A program made the position numbers and the translations under genes. The notes under the pieces were generated by a model. It worked only from the letters and a program-made list of their open reading frames with translations, searched no databases and had not been told where the DNA came from. A stretch of DNA of 64,000 bases, taken from IMG/VR virus record IMGVR_UViG_3300031088_000734. One strand, 5' to 3'. Positions 10,216 through 18,854 of this stretch are shown here, piece after piece. Source of the stretch: a virus. Position 1 is the first letter of the stretch. Each line of letters begins with the position of its first letter.

Positions 10216-10899
10216 ATGTCTATTATGACTTCGCTTAATGCATTACTGTTTTCTATCTCAAATCTTAAAACACGTTTTAATCGTGAGAACCTTTCCGAAT
10301 TCATTCCATCTTGTTTTATATACCAGTCGGTATGTATTATAATCATGGCTTTGGCTTTTATTTATGGAATCAGCACTGATAATCGACAAATCATTGTATT
10401 CAGTTCCTTTAATGGCATTTCTTCAATCCTGCTATTCGGATTGGTGTTGTGGATGAACACCATTAAAACACTCCCTGATCGCTATTATAGTTGGTCTACT
10501 GTCATCAATTATTTGGGTGCGTTGGTTGCCATTCCTTATCTGGTGTTTATTGAACGTGAAGCGGGCAATATTGTCTCGATGCTCTTCTTTTTCATCAATA
10601 TTTTCAACTTTTGTGTACTTCTGCATATTTTGAATTTTCGGACTAACCATCACCATAGTTGGAATGCTCTTCGTCAAGTCACCAAATTGAAAAAAGGTTT
10701 TAAATTCAAACTGACTATGGGGTTACGCCTCCATATGATTATGCCTATTGGTTTAATCAGTATTCATTTTGAAAGCATTACTATCAATCATGTCGATTAT
10801 GATTTGTATTATCTCACACAACATTTCAAAGAATATGATCTTGACTTGTCGTCAGTTACTGATGCTGATTTGAAGCTTTGGGAAATGATTAAATATTGA
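10216..10899 (+). CDS. 4-TM membrane protein, copy 1 of tandem triplet; M(-4) motif family
   Basis: Hydrophobic helices; DRYYSWSTVINY motif; ends DLKLWEMIKY. Confidence 0.75.
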   Translation: MSIMTSLNALLFSISNLKTRFNRENLSEFIPSCFIYQSVCIIIMALAFIYGISTDNRQIIVFSSFNGISSILLFGLVLWMNTIKTLPDRYYSWSTVINYLGALVAIPYLVFIEREAGNIVSMLFFFINIFNFCVLLHILNFRTNHHHSWNALRQVTKLKKGFKFKLTMGLRLHMIMPIGLISIHFESITINHVDYDLYYLTQHFKEYDLDLSSVTDADLKLWEMIKY

Positions 10900-10916
10900 T
10901 TAACTTCAGGTGACTT

Positions 10917-11585
10917 ATGAATAATACTTTATTGTTCGCACAACGTATGATTGTCGCTTATGCCACAGGATTTATTGGTATCCTATGTTCTATTCTTATC
11001 GCTGCCTTGCAGATAACAAAGACATCTAATACCAGTGATGTGCTATTGCTTTGTTTGGCTTGTGGCTTTGCAGTTGCTGTTTTTGTAATGTATCTGGATG
11101 GCCGTCCAGTGCTTAAACATATTCATTATTATTCAAAATACACCATGTTGAATTATGTGTTTAGCTTATATGTTGTAGCTCATTCAGTTTTCATGAGTGG
11201 TTCAAACCAATTATTTATATTATTGCCTGCCATGTTGCTAAGTTTTTTCAATATTTTCTTGTTTTCTAAGATCCATCATGGTCTTTCTGAGCATTTGGTT
11301 ATTCCAGAACTTCAACGATTGTATAGGCTGTTGCCAGAAATAAATAATGTTAATATTGATTTTGATTATACTTTTTTAAGAAAAACAGACCTTCTGATCT
11401 TTGAAAGACGATTTTTTAAAATCATGACAACAATGGGCGAGTTACTTTTTGATGGCCGTCATATTTATCTTAATGGTGAGCAATATGAAGTCGATGCCTT
11501 TGTGGCTGGATTTAAGGCTTGTGCGATTGATATCAACAGTTCAACACCAGAAGATGCTGTTGTTATGCAAATGTATTGTGTATAA
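10917..11585 (+). CDS. 4-TM membrane protein, copy 2; M(-4) motif family
   Basis: HYYSKYTMLNY motif; ends DAVVMQMYCV. Confidence 0.75.
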   Translation: MNNTLLFAQRMIVAYATGFIGILCSILIAALQITKTSNTSDVLLLCLACGFAVAVFVMYLDGRPVLKHIHYYSKYTMLNYVFSLYVVAHSVFMSGSNQLFILLPAMLLSFFNIFLFSKIHHGLSEHLVIPELQRLYRLLPEINNVNIDFDYTFLRKTDLLIFERRFFKIMTTMGELLFDGRHIYLNGEQYEVDAFVAGFKACAIDINSSTPEDAVVMQMYCV

Positions 11586-11663
11586 TTTCAGCTAAACAGG
11601 TCATTTTTAGCTGTCTTATTTTCTTTCAATAGTGTATAATCAACATCTATTTGAATCAACGCC

Positions 11664-12368
11664 ATGAGGTGTTTTATGAAAGCATTACAGTATTTGAAAC
11701 AAATCACCCCCTTGTTTATTATGCGTCAATACAACTTGTCTGCATTTATTGTATTGTTGTGTTCTTGTTTTGGCATGTATCTCACCATGTCACATATGGA
11801 ACTGGGTGGCAATAAGTTTTTTATCATTGTGGGTGGTGTGACCTTAGTTACGCTGGGGTTCTCATTTACGCTTCACGCGATGAATTACTTTGCTATGCCT
11901 CCTGACCGATTCTACTCAGACTGGTCTTTGATGAATTATATTTTGGCTGGCGTTGTGTTATTGACCACGCTCACCATGCCAGAAGAAAGTCTTATTAACT
12001 ATTTGATTATTTTTTCTATTGCTATTCTCAACTTGTGTCTGTTTATGTCGAGTATGCAATTTAGAAGCACCCATTCAACCGAAATCAACAAAATGCGAAA
12101 GTTGTTCCCTGATGAAAAACAATTCAAGTTTGATTTTGACTTTGTTTTTGCCCGAGATTTCAAGGGTGTTGTCAATAAGAAAAAAGTCAACTTTGGTCTT
12201 TGTCTCTTAACCAACTCAGGTAAGATTGTTTTGGCGGGTGATCATTTTTATTTTGATGACAAACCTTATTCTGCTGAAAAGCTGGCAATCGACCTTAAAG
12301 AATGTGAGTTGAGCTTTAATAAGGCCAGCAAAGATGATTTGAAGGTTGTTGAAATGGCGACTTATTAA
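11664..12368 (+). CDS. 4-TM membrane protein, copy 3; M(-4) motif family
   Basis: DRFYSDWSLMNY motif; ends DLKVVEMATY. Confidence 0.75.
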   Translation: MRCFMKALQYLKQITPLFIMRQYNLSAFIVLLCSCFGMYLTMSHMELGGNKFFIIVGGVTLVTLGFSFTLHAMNYFAMPPDRFYSDWSLMNYILAGVVLLTTLTMPEESLINYLIIFSIAILNLCLFMSSMQFRSTHSTEINKMRKLFPDEKQFKFDFDFVFARDFKGVVNKKKVNFGLCLLTNSGKIVLAGDHFYFDDKPYSAEKLAIDLKECELSFNKASKDDLKVVEMATY

Positions 12369-12425
12369 TTCGCTATCTTTATTGAGCCATTTACGGTATA
12401 ATCAAGAAAACTTGGAGAGCTTCAC

Positions 12426-12935
12426 ATGTCGGATAAACCTGTTAAAATTGTTCCTTACGTTCCACACTATGCCCGTGGTGGTAATGAAGTGTTGATGGAA
12501 CAAGAACGTACTTTCTATGACCGTAGCGGCAACCATGCTCTGGTTACTAGTGTGGTTTATCGTGACAAGAAAGGTGGCATTCATCAAGAAGACATTCGTG
12601 TTAAATGGCTTAATATTAAACCAGCCGTTAAGGTTGAGAAGCCCAAGGTAACAGTTGAACGTGTTTACATCAGCTTGATGGTGTGCAGTAACGGATTGTT
12701 CTTTTATACCACACTGCAGATGTCTGATGGTCGCCGTGAAACGCCATCGCATAGTAAAGAGCTTTACCGTGCCCTTTACGACATTGCAACATGGGCCAAC
12801 ACCTTTGATATTGAACCCGATGTTTACTTGTCAAATGAATATGTTTCCGAAACTGATGTGCAAGCTGCTTACAAAGAAATTAAACGGATGGTTGAACGAC
12901 TTAAAATGTCTCGCAATCAAAAAAGTTACTTTTAA
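12426..12935 (+). CDS. Hypothetical protein
   Basis: 169 aa; GGAG RBS. Confidence 0.75.
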   Translation: MSDKPVKIVPYVPHYARGGNEVLMEQERTFYDRSGNHALVTSVVYRDKKGGIHQEDIRVKWLNIKPAVKVEKPKVTVERVYISLMVCSNGLFFYTTLQMSDGRRETPSHSKELYRALYDIATWANTFDIEPDVYLSNEYVSETDVQAAYKEIKRMVERLKMSRNQKSYF

Positions 12936-12949
12936 TTGAGGTTTTAATT

Positions 12950-13228
12950 ATGTCAAAAATCAACGGGTTTATGGAATGGTTTAAAATGTCGTATCCTACT
13001 CGCAATGTGGAAACGCTTCGTCGTCGGGCATCTGGATTGACGATTCGATTGAGTGATTACGCTCAGAATAATTATGGCACTGATTCTGCTGACCGCATGG
13101 AGAGTGTTGTAAAAACCAGTTGGAGTGTACTTACTGGGATGAATCTTATTCCAGAAAAAGACAAGGTGTTTCATTTGAAAGGTCTTATCAAACAGTTGAA
13201 GAGAAACACTAAGATGAATGGTTGCTGA
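12950..13228 (+). CDS. Small helical protein, paralogue of 13222..13494
   Basis: NVETLRRRASGL...IKQLKRNTKMNGC vs NVEDLRAEAIRL...IKRLKPISKMKRC. Confidence 0.7.
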   Translation: MSKINGFMEWFKMSYPTRNVETLRRRASGLTIRLSDYAQNNYGTDSADRMESVVKTSWSVLTGMNLIPEKDKVFHLKGLIKQLKRNTKMNGC

Positions 13229-13494
13229 TTATGTTTCAATCTTTGTTGAAATATTTTAAAGCATCCAACAACGTCGAAGATCTTCGTGCAGAAGCGATAC
13301 GCCTTATTGGAGAGATTGAGTCGCGTTTGTACTCTCAGGAAACACGCGAAGGTTATCTAAACTCCATGAAGACGTTAAAAACATCAAGAGAAATGATGCA
13401 AATTCTTAACGAATCCAGTGAAGAACAACAAGTTATTTTCTTGAAAAAGATGATCAAACGGCTGAAACCGATTAGTAAAATGAAAAGGTGTTGA
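13222..13494 (+). CDS. Small helical protein, paralogue of 12950..13228
   Basis: See paralogue alignment. Confidence 0.7.
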   Translation: MLIMFQSLLKYFKASNNVEDLRAEAIRLIGEIESRLYSQETREGYLNSMKTLKTSREMMQILNESSEEQQVIFLKKMIKRLKPISKMKRC

Positions 13495-13581
13495 TGCTTA
13501 TTAAAGTGTTTGCATTTTTTCATTGTTTCTGTTATTATCAGTCATCACGTTGTACTATTTGACAGCATAAAGGAACCTTCT

Positions 13582-14112
13582 ATGAAACAACCAGAATTAA
13601 CAAAATTAAAGATTCTCATTGAGGTATTGAAAGATAAACATAATGATTATTACGAAAAGTACAGTGATCATGATTTTCTAGCACATGTCGATGAAGATGA
13701 TAATTCTGATAGTATTGCTTATTTGATGGAGCATGTACGAAAACTTAAAGTAAGTGATAAGCAATATCCATCTTATTTACAACATTGTTATGCTATTTTT
13801 AATCAATTACAAGGATCTATTCGGTCGGATCTTGAAACAGCTAAACTGACTTATTTTGATCTTATTTATCAAAGCCTTACTGACACGTCTTCACTTCGTT
13901 TATTTCTTGTTGAATCTTCCGTTCATCAACCTGAAAAACTGGATGAATTATATAATGTCATTAAGCAAGATAAAAATGAAAAGTTTGCTGATGTTATTCT
14001 TGGAGTTATTGACAATTGTAAGGACTTTGAAGAGGACCGACAACGTAAATTGTCCAACATTAATTCACACTTTAAATATTTCAATAAGTGTTTTAAGGAT
14101 TTGAAAAAATGA
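13582..14112 (+). CDS. Hypothetical protein
   Basis: ORF track 13510..14112; AAGGA RBS before ATG 13582. Confidence 0.7.
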   Translation: MKQPELTKLKILIEVLKDKHNDYYEKYSDHDFLAHVDEDDNSDSIAYLMEHVRKLKVSDKQYPSYLQHCYAIFNQLQGSIRSDLETAKLTYFDLIYQSLTDTSSLRLFLVESSVHQPEKLDELYNVIKQDKNEKFADVILGVIDNCKDFEEDRQRKLSNINSHFKYFNKCFKDLKK

Positions 14113-14114
14113 AC

Positions 14115-14240
14115 CAAATCGCCCGTATCCCTTTATGGTTAAGACGATTAGGTAATAGTCCGGTGGCTACCTCGCCAGTAATGGCTTAATAGACGACTGA
14201 TTGGTGTCGGCAAATCCGGTAAGATGGTGTAAGACTATCA
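14115..14240 (+). ncRNA. Candidate structured RNA in 3' UTR
   Basis: Hand-folded stems AATCG/CGATT, ATAGTC/GACTAT, GCCA-GTAA-TGGC (GNRA loop), CGAC/GTCG; no family assigned. Confidence 0.35.
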
Positions 14241-14247
14241 AAGAAAG

Positions 14248-14269
14248 AAGACCTTCGGGTCTTTTTTTT
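14248..14269 (+). terminator. Intrinsic terminator with UUCG loop
   Basis: AAGACC-TTCG-GGTCTT plus T run. Confidence 0.8.
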
Positions 14270-14349
14270 ATTCTTTTTGCGTTACCAAATCTTATTAAAA
14301 AGAATGCCCCTTGATTCATCTATGGGGATGAATTTTTATGCTTAAATTA

Positions 14350-14378
14350 TTGACTTTATAGATAATTTATTGTAAGAT
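14350..14378 (+). promoter_or_regulatory. tnpB promoter, probably giving a leaderless mRNA
   Basis: TTGACT-17 nt-TAAGAT; ATG 7 nt downstream; no SD. Confidence 0.6.
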
Positions 14379-14385
14379 TCCCAAA

Positions 14386-15453
14386 ATGGATAACCTAACG
14401 ACTATTAAAACTCTAAAGCTTAGAGTTAAAGACAAATATAAAGGCGTTCTTTGCCAGATGGCGAAGAACGTTAACTTTGTTTGGAACTTCGTTAATGAAA
14501 TCAGCACTCGCTCAATTGTCGAGCGTGACAAATTCCTTTCCGCTAGAGATCTTCAAAAATACACCGATGGTTCTTCGAAACTAATCAACTTGCATAGTCA
14601 AACTATTCAAGGAATTTGTGACGAATATGCGACTCGTAGAATTCAATTCAAAAAAAGAAAATTAAAATGGAGAAAATCGGTAGGTTCTAAACGATCTCTT
14701 GGTTGGGTTCCTTTTAAGAGTGGTGCTGTTTCTTATAAAAATGGTCAAATTCATTTTAATAAACATCATTTCTCTATTTGGGACAGTTACGGACTGTCCC
14801 AATATAAATTCAAAAGTGGTTCTTTTAATGAAGATGCTCGTGGTAGATGGTACTTCAACGTGGCGGTTGAAGTTCCAAGAACATTATCTTCAAGTCAAGG
14901 TAGTGTAGGGATTGATCTTGGATTTAAAGAATCGGCTGTTTGCAGTGACGGTTTTAAAACAGAAAGAAATCGGATTTATCGTTCTTATGAAAAGAAATTA
15001 GCCATTGCTCAACGTTCTAACAACAAAGTTAGAACGAGAGCTATTCACGCTAAAATTGCTAATATTCGAAAAGATACACTCCATAAATTCACAAATCATT
15101 TGGTCAAAAACTACAGTGAAATTTATGTAGGTGATTTGAGCATTAAAAAAATGCTCAAAGCTAAAAGAGGAAAGTCTACGTTAGATGCCGCTCACGGCAT
15201 GATAAGAAGTATGCTGGTCTATAAATGCGATAACGCAGGCATACATCACAATGTGAATGTAGACGAAAAAAACACTACCCGCACCTGTCATTCGTGTAAG
15301 TCCTTAACAGGACCGAAAGGATTAGATGGGCTGCGAATAAGAGTATGGACTTGTTGTGTGTGTGGTGACACACACAACCGGGATGAAAATTCCGCTAAGA
15401 ATATACTCGAGGTCGGACATGGCCTTCTAGCAGTAGGAATCCCCTTGCTTTAG
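14386..15453 (+). CDS. tnpB: RNA-guided endonuclease TnpB
   Basis: RuvC-I VGIDLG, Zn finger CHSC/CCVC, RuvC-III HNRDENSAKNI, typical N-terminus IKTLKLRVKD...NFVWN. Confidence 0.92.
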   Translation: MDNLTTIKTLKLRVKDKYKGVLCQMAKNVNFVWNFVNEISTRSIVERDKFLSARDLQKYTDGSSKLINLHSQTIQGICDEYATRRIQFKKRKLKWRKSVGSKRSLGWVPFKSGAVSYKNGQIHFNKHHFSIWDSYGLSQYKFKSGSFNEDARGRWYFNVAVEVPRTLSSSQGSVGIDLGFKESAVCSDGFKTERNRIYRSYEKKLAIAQRSNNKVRTRAIHAKIANIRKDTLHKFTNHLVKNYSEIYVGDLSIKKMLKAKRGKSTLDAAHGMIRSMLVYKCDNAGIHHNVNVDEKNTTRTCHSCKSLTGPKGLDGLRIRVWTCCVCGDTHNRDENSAKNILEVGHGLLAVGIPLL

Positions 15454-15497
15454 CTATGGGGTGGATGTCAAAATTAAGTAATAACTATTATAACGAT

Positions 15498-16343
15498 ATG
15501 AAAAATTATTTAAAAACATCACTGGCTTTGTCTGTTTGCTTAGCCTCTTTGATCGCTCATGCTGATTACCAAGTTAACTATTTTCTTGATAAGAAAGACA
15601 TCAACTTTACCAATACTCCTGTTGTTGGAGAGTGGCTATCAACCACACCATCTTACAGCGATTGGACATATGTGGGTGACTATTTCGACTGTCAGTCAGC
15701 CTTGCCAACCATTGAAACACAAGATGAAGGCGTTCAGTTTACACAAACGCTATCAGATTGTTCCAGAAATAGAACACGCTCTGTTCAACAACGAGAGCAA
15801 AACGATCAAACACATGCCTACCGAGATGTTGGTAATCCTGTTGATGAAAATGAAGACGAAAAAAACTTATCATATACACAACAATTAACAGGAACCAATC
15901 CATCTTTCACACTTAATTTTGGAGCTGGTCGATATACAACAACTGGTAACACATTGGTGGGTTCTTATGCCCGAACAAATTCTGGCATATCTATTGGTTC
16001 TACCATATTGAATGAAAATGGTGCTAGAGTACTCTTGTACTTTACTTCTTTTGCTCAATATCCTTCACTTCAAACATGTATGCTCAGGTATGGAATTACT
16101 TCAACAACTGGTTGGACACCGGGCGGCATAACGCCACCTACTGCCTATGATGATGTTCAAAAATATAATTATATTGATCTCTATAATGGAAGTACATTAT
16201 ACAAACGTTACAGCCTTTCAGGTTCAACTATAAACTCAGCAGAGACTGGTTATTACCGAGATATTTCAGTTTCTTGCTCTGATATGGTTTCATTCTACAA
16301 CAACACTTCATTTTTCAGTAAAGCTGTTTTTCGTAAAAACTGA
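15498..16343 (+). CDS. Secreted protein, [DEG]Y mature N-terminus family
   Basis: Signal peptide ending AHA-DYQVNYFL...INF; Thr/Ser-rich; start refined from 15456, which lies inside the IS end. Confidence 0.75.
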   Translation: MKNYLKTSLALSVCLASLIAHADYQVNYFLDKKDINFTNTPVVGEWLSTTPSYSDWTYVGDYFDCQSALPTIETQDEGVQFTQTLSDCSRNRTRSVQQREQNDQTHAYRDVGNPVDENEDEKNLSYTQQLTGTNPSFTLNFGAGRYTTTGNTLVGSYARTNSGISIGSTILNENGARVLLYFTSFAQYPSLQTCMLRYGITSTTGWTPGGITPPTAYDDVQKYNYIDLYNGSTLYKRYSLSGSTINSAETGYYRDISVSCSDMVSFYNNTSFFSKAVFRKN

Positions 16344-16399
16344 TTAAATTTTGAACAAAAAAAAGACCTTCTAAAAGGTCTTTTTAGTTAACAATAACT

Positions 16400-16981
16400 T
16401 TATTGCTTTTGGAACTTATCCCATTCTTCTTTAATGGTTTCCGAATCAACAAATACTGCTAGGTTTTCATAGACCACATCATTAATCTTGATATTGCGAT
16501 CTCGACCCACTGACATACCTAGAATAGCTAACTTGTCTTCAGAGTATACTGGGCCACCTGACATACCACCAATCGTTCGGGAATCACTAATCGCATAACG
16601 ACCATCTTTAAATTCAACTTCGTCTTGAATGAACTTACCACGCAGTTCAACAGTCAGACCGTTGTCTTTTGGCCCTACATGAATCACTTCTTCATCGGCT
16701 TTTGGATTTCGCCATTCAATGGCTGGATTGAACTTGTCGTTAGGTTTATTCTTGAAGAACACCAGATCAACGGTATCACTGACATACGCAGGATCTTCTG
16801 GGTATTTGTTATGCTTTGCGGTTACGGCATATTCTTCATTCCACTGAATAAAGCTAGCTGTAATCACTTCAGGGTTTTTGTTATTGACAATCATTTCGTA
16901 GTTGCTATTGGGAGCATGACTTGAACACGCTGATATAATTGCAGCCAAAGCTAATGAACACATCATTTTAAACATTTTCAA
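16400..16981 (-). CDS. Trypsin-like serine protease lipoprotein (triad intact)
   Basis: Lipobox ISA-C; YAVTAKH, DLVFF, GGMSGGPV. Confidence 0.8.
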   Translation of the reverse strand: MKMFKMMCSLALAAIISACSSHAPNSNYEMIVNNKNPEVITASFIQWNEEYAVTAKHNKYPEDPAYVSDTVDLVFFKNKPNDKFNPAIEWRNPKADEEVIHVGPKDNGLTVELRGKFIQDEVEFKDGRYAISDSRTIGGMSGGPVYSEDKLAILGMSVGRDRNIKINDVVYENLAVFVDSETIKEEWDKFQKQ

Positions 16982-17050
16982 TGGTATTACTCCTTTATTA
17001 AATTTCGCAGATTATACAGTTATTTTGATTAATTATCAATATCAATCTTA

Positions 17051-17638
17051 TTATTTCTTATTAGTATTTTGAAATTTGTCCCATTCTTGTTCAATTTTCG
17101 AACTTTCAATAAACAACGCAATATCAGGATAGATCACTCCATTGATTTTTGCATTGTTAGCCTTGGCTACGGACATACCCAGAATGGATTGTTTGTCTTC
17201 GGAATAAACAGGGCCACCCGACATCCCTTTGATAATGGCTGCACTGCTAACAGAGTAAGCTGCACCTTCATACAGAATTTCTTGATTAATCGAAGTGCCA
17301 TGTCGTGTCAGTGTCCGATCACCAGAACTAGAACCTACATGTGTTACAGGTTCCTCAATTGATGGATTACGCCACTGAATGTTGGAGTTGAATCCTTTGT
17401 CAGCCGGATGTTTAAAGAAGGCCAGATCATATGTCTCACTTACATAGTCAGGATTTTTTGGATACAGGTTGTGCTTTGCGGTTACAGCATATTCGCTGTT
17501 CCATTGAATATAGCTGGCACTAATCACTTTTCCATCTTGCAGGTCAGTGATTTTTTTGTAATTGCTGTTAGGGGGAGAACTACAAGCAGCTACCAGTACA
17601 ACACACGCCATCACCACAATCATTTTCAGCATTTTCAT
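17051..17638 (-). CDS. Trypsin-like serine protease lipoprotein (triad intact)
   Basis: Lipobox VAA-C; YAVTAKH, DLAFF, KGMSGGPV; tandem paralogue of 16400..16981. Confidence 0.8.
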   Translation of the reverse strand: MKMLKMIVVMACVVLVAACSSPPNSNYKKITDLQDGKVISASYIQWNSEYAVTAKHNLYPKNPDYVSETYDLAFFKHPADKGFNSNIQWRNPSIEEPVTHVGSSSGDRTLTRHGTSINQEILYEGAAYSVSSAAIIKGMSGGPVYSEDKQSILGMSVAKANNAKINGVIYPDIALFIESSKIEQEWDKFQNTNKK

Positions 17639-17787
17639 GAATAACTGTCTCCGTTTAAATTTGCATTATTATAGTATAAATTGAGTAAAAACACAAGGTT
17701 AATGTGCTTTCGCTCTTTAATATGGCGATGTTTTCATAAATGATTATTATTATCAACAAGTTATGCCTGTATGAAAGCAAAAACACA

Positions 17788-17816
17788 TTGACTTCTTGGT
17801 TTGTATTTGTTATTAT
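17788..17816 (+). promoter_or_regulatory. sigma70 promoter of tRNA-like RNA
   Basis: TTGACT-17 nt-TATTAT with TG extension; predicted start about 17822. Confidence 0.75.
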
Positions 17817-17821
17817 TGAGC

Positions 17822-17918
17822 CACTAGATAGAGATGACGATGGAATCGCCTCACAGCAAGGTTAGATCATCTTTAGGTTCAGCGGCGATTGGTTGGGTTC
17901 GAGTCCCAGATCTAGTGT
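17822..17918 (+). ncRNA. tRNA-shaped small RNA with 8-bp acceptor stem, expanded central loop and no CCA
   Basis: CACTAGAT/ATCTAGTG, T arm TTGGG-TTCGAGT-CCCAG, inner stem AATCGCC/GGCGATT enclosing 33 nt; own promoter and terminator. Confidence 0.65.
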
Positions 17919-17919
17919 G

Positions 17920-17951
17920 AGGACTTACAATTATGTGAGTCCTTTTTTTTT
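17920..17951 (+). terminator. Intrinsic terminator
   Basis: GGACTTACA-atta-TGTGAGTCC plus T run. Confidence 0.8.
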
Positions 17952-17962
17952 GGAGATTTTTT

Positions 17963-18589
17963 ATGGAAACATTACATAAACAGTATTATAAGGCGGCTCT
18001 TGTCGTTTTATTGCTCGTTTTAATTTCTTTTTGCATTAATTCCATTGTTCTCAATCCTTTTGAACATTCTCCTTATGTCTTTCGAATTCTCTACATTGTC
18101 ACTGCCGCTCTGAGTGTTTTTGCTTTCTTTAAATCAAGAAAACTACTGGTTCAACTTGACTTGGTTAGTATTGTGAAGTATCTCTTCTCATTTGTTGTCG
18201 CTATTATCTTTTTCTCTGGCATTATGACGATATTTAATCCACAGATAACTCAACTCATTGTGGCTAAAAAATATGATGACTATTCTGTTCAAATTAAAGA
18301 AGAAGATCGTTATCAACCGCTCTATTACTATTTTGCAGTGGCCCAGCAGAAAAATAATGTCAAATATTTACTCAACTTTGAAAAAAATGGTTTGATTGAG
18401 AATTTTATTTATCTGGATGACAACGGGCTTGAAGCTTTAACCAATATCATGAAAGTTTCCAAAGACAAAAACCTTATCGAGCTGTATGATAGATTTAATA
18501 AGGATGGTAAAATTAGTAAGAAAGAAGCTAAACAGATATTGCTTTATCTTGCAACCTTTGGAGTGACTTATGAAAAACAACCTTTTTAA
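17963..18589 (+). CDS. Membrane protein (3 N-terminal TM helices)
   Basis: 208 aa; GGAG RBS; hydrophobic N-half. Confidence 0.75.
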   Translation: METLHKQYYKAALVVLLLVLISFCINSIVLNPFEHSPYVFRILYIVTAALSVFAFFKSRKLLVQLDLVSIVKYLFSFVVAIIFFSGIMTIFNPQITQLIVAKKYDDYSVQIKEEDRYQPLYYYFAVAQQKNNVKYLLNFEKNGLIENFIYLDDNGLEALTNIMKVSKDKNLIELYDRFNKDGKISKKEAKQILLYLATFGVTYEKQPF

Positions 18590-18854
18590 GCGGTTTTACA
18601 AACGCTTTGAACATTACTTCCCAACTGATGAAGAACGTGACCCATGTCCCTCTTGTGGTGGTTGTATGCGACATCGTTTGCATGAAGACAGTGGTATGTC
18701 AGCAGAAGCTAAGTTTGGTTGTCTCAAATGTGATTACACTGAGTTCCGTGGTGGCACTGGCAGTGAAATCTGGTTGGAACGGATTTATTTCGCAAGACAA
18801 AAAAATTCATATTTGCGAAAAAAGTATTCAATTGTTGTAAAATATGATGTATAG
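18570..18854 (+). CDS. Small Zn-ribbon protein
   Basis: CPSCGG...CLKC; GGAG RBS. Confidence 0.7.
   Translation: MKNNLFKRFYKRFEHYFPTDEERDPCPSCGGCMRHRLHEDSGMSAEAKFGCLKCDYTEFRGGTGSEIWLERIYFARQKNSYLRKKYSIVVKYDV

Larger units (their letters stand above)
14286..15471 (+). mobile_element. IS200/IS605-family element, tnpB only (IS1341-like)
   Basis: Subterminal hairpins CCCC-ttgattcatctat-GGGG (14307..) and CCCC-ttgctttagctat-GGGG (15441..); right end GAAT guide and TCAA terminus 10 nt after hairpin as in IS608; TTAC immediately 5' of 14286; no tnpA. Confidence 0.8.

Noticed and set aside
14174-14215. Hairpin followed by TTAATAG as a pistol ribozyme
   Set aside because: The hairpin loop is a 4-nt GNRA and cannot form the required pseudoknot.
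15472-15491. TnpB guide targeting another site in this window
   Set aside because: By eye I found only a short partial match (AATTAAGT near 59127) without a preceding TTAC; a full-replicon search is needed.
15456-15497. ORF-track N-terminal extension MGWMSKLSNNYYND
   Set aside because: Starts inside the IS right-end hairpin; the signal peptide begins at ATG 15498.
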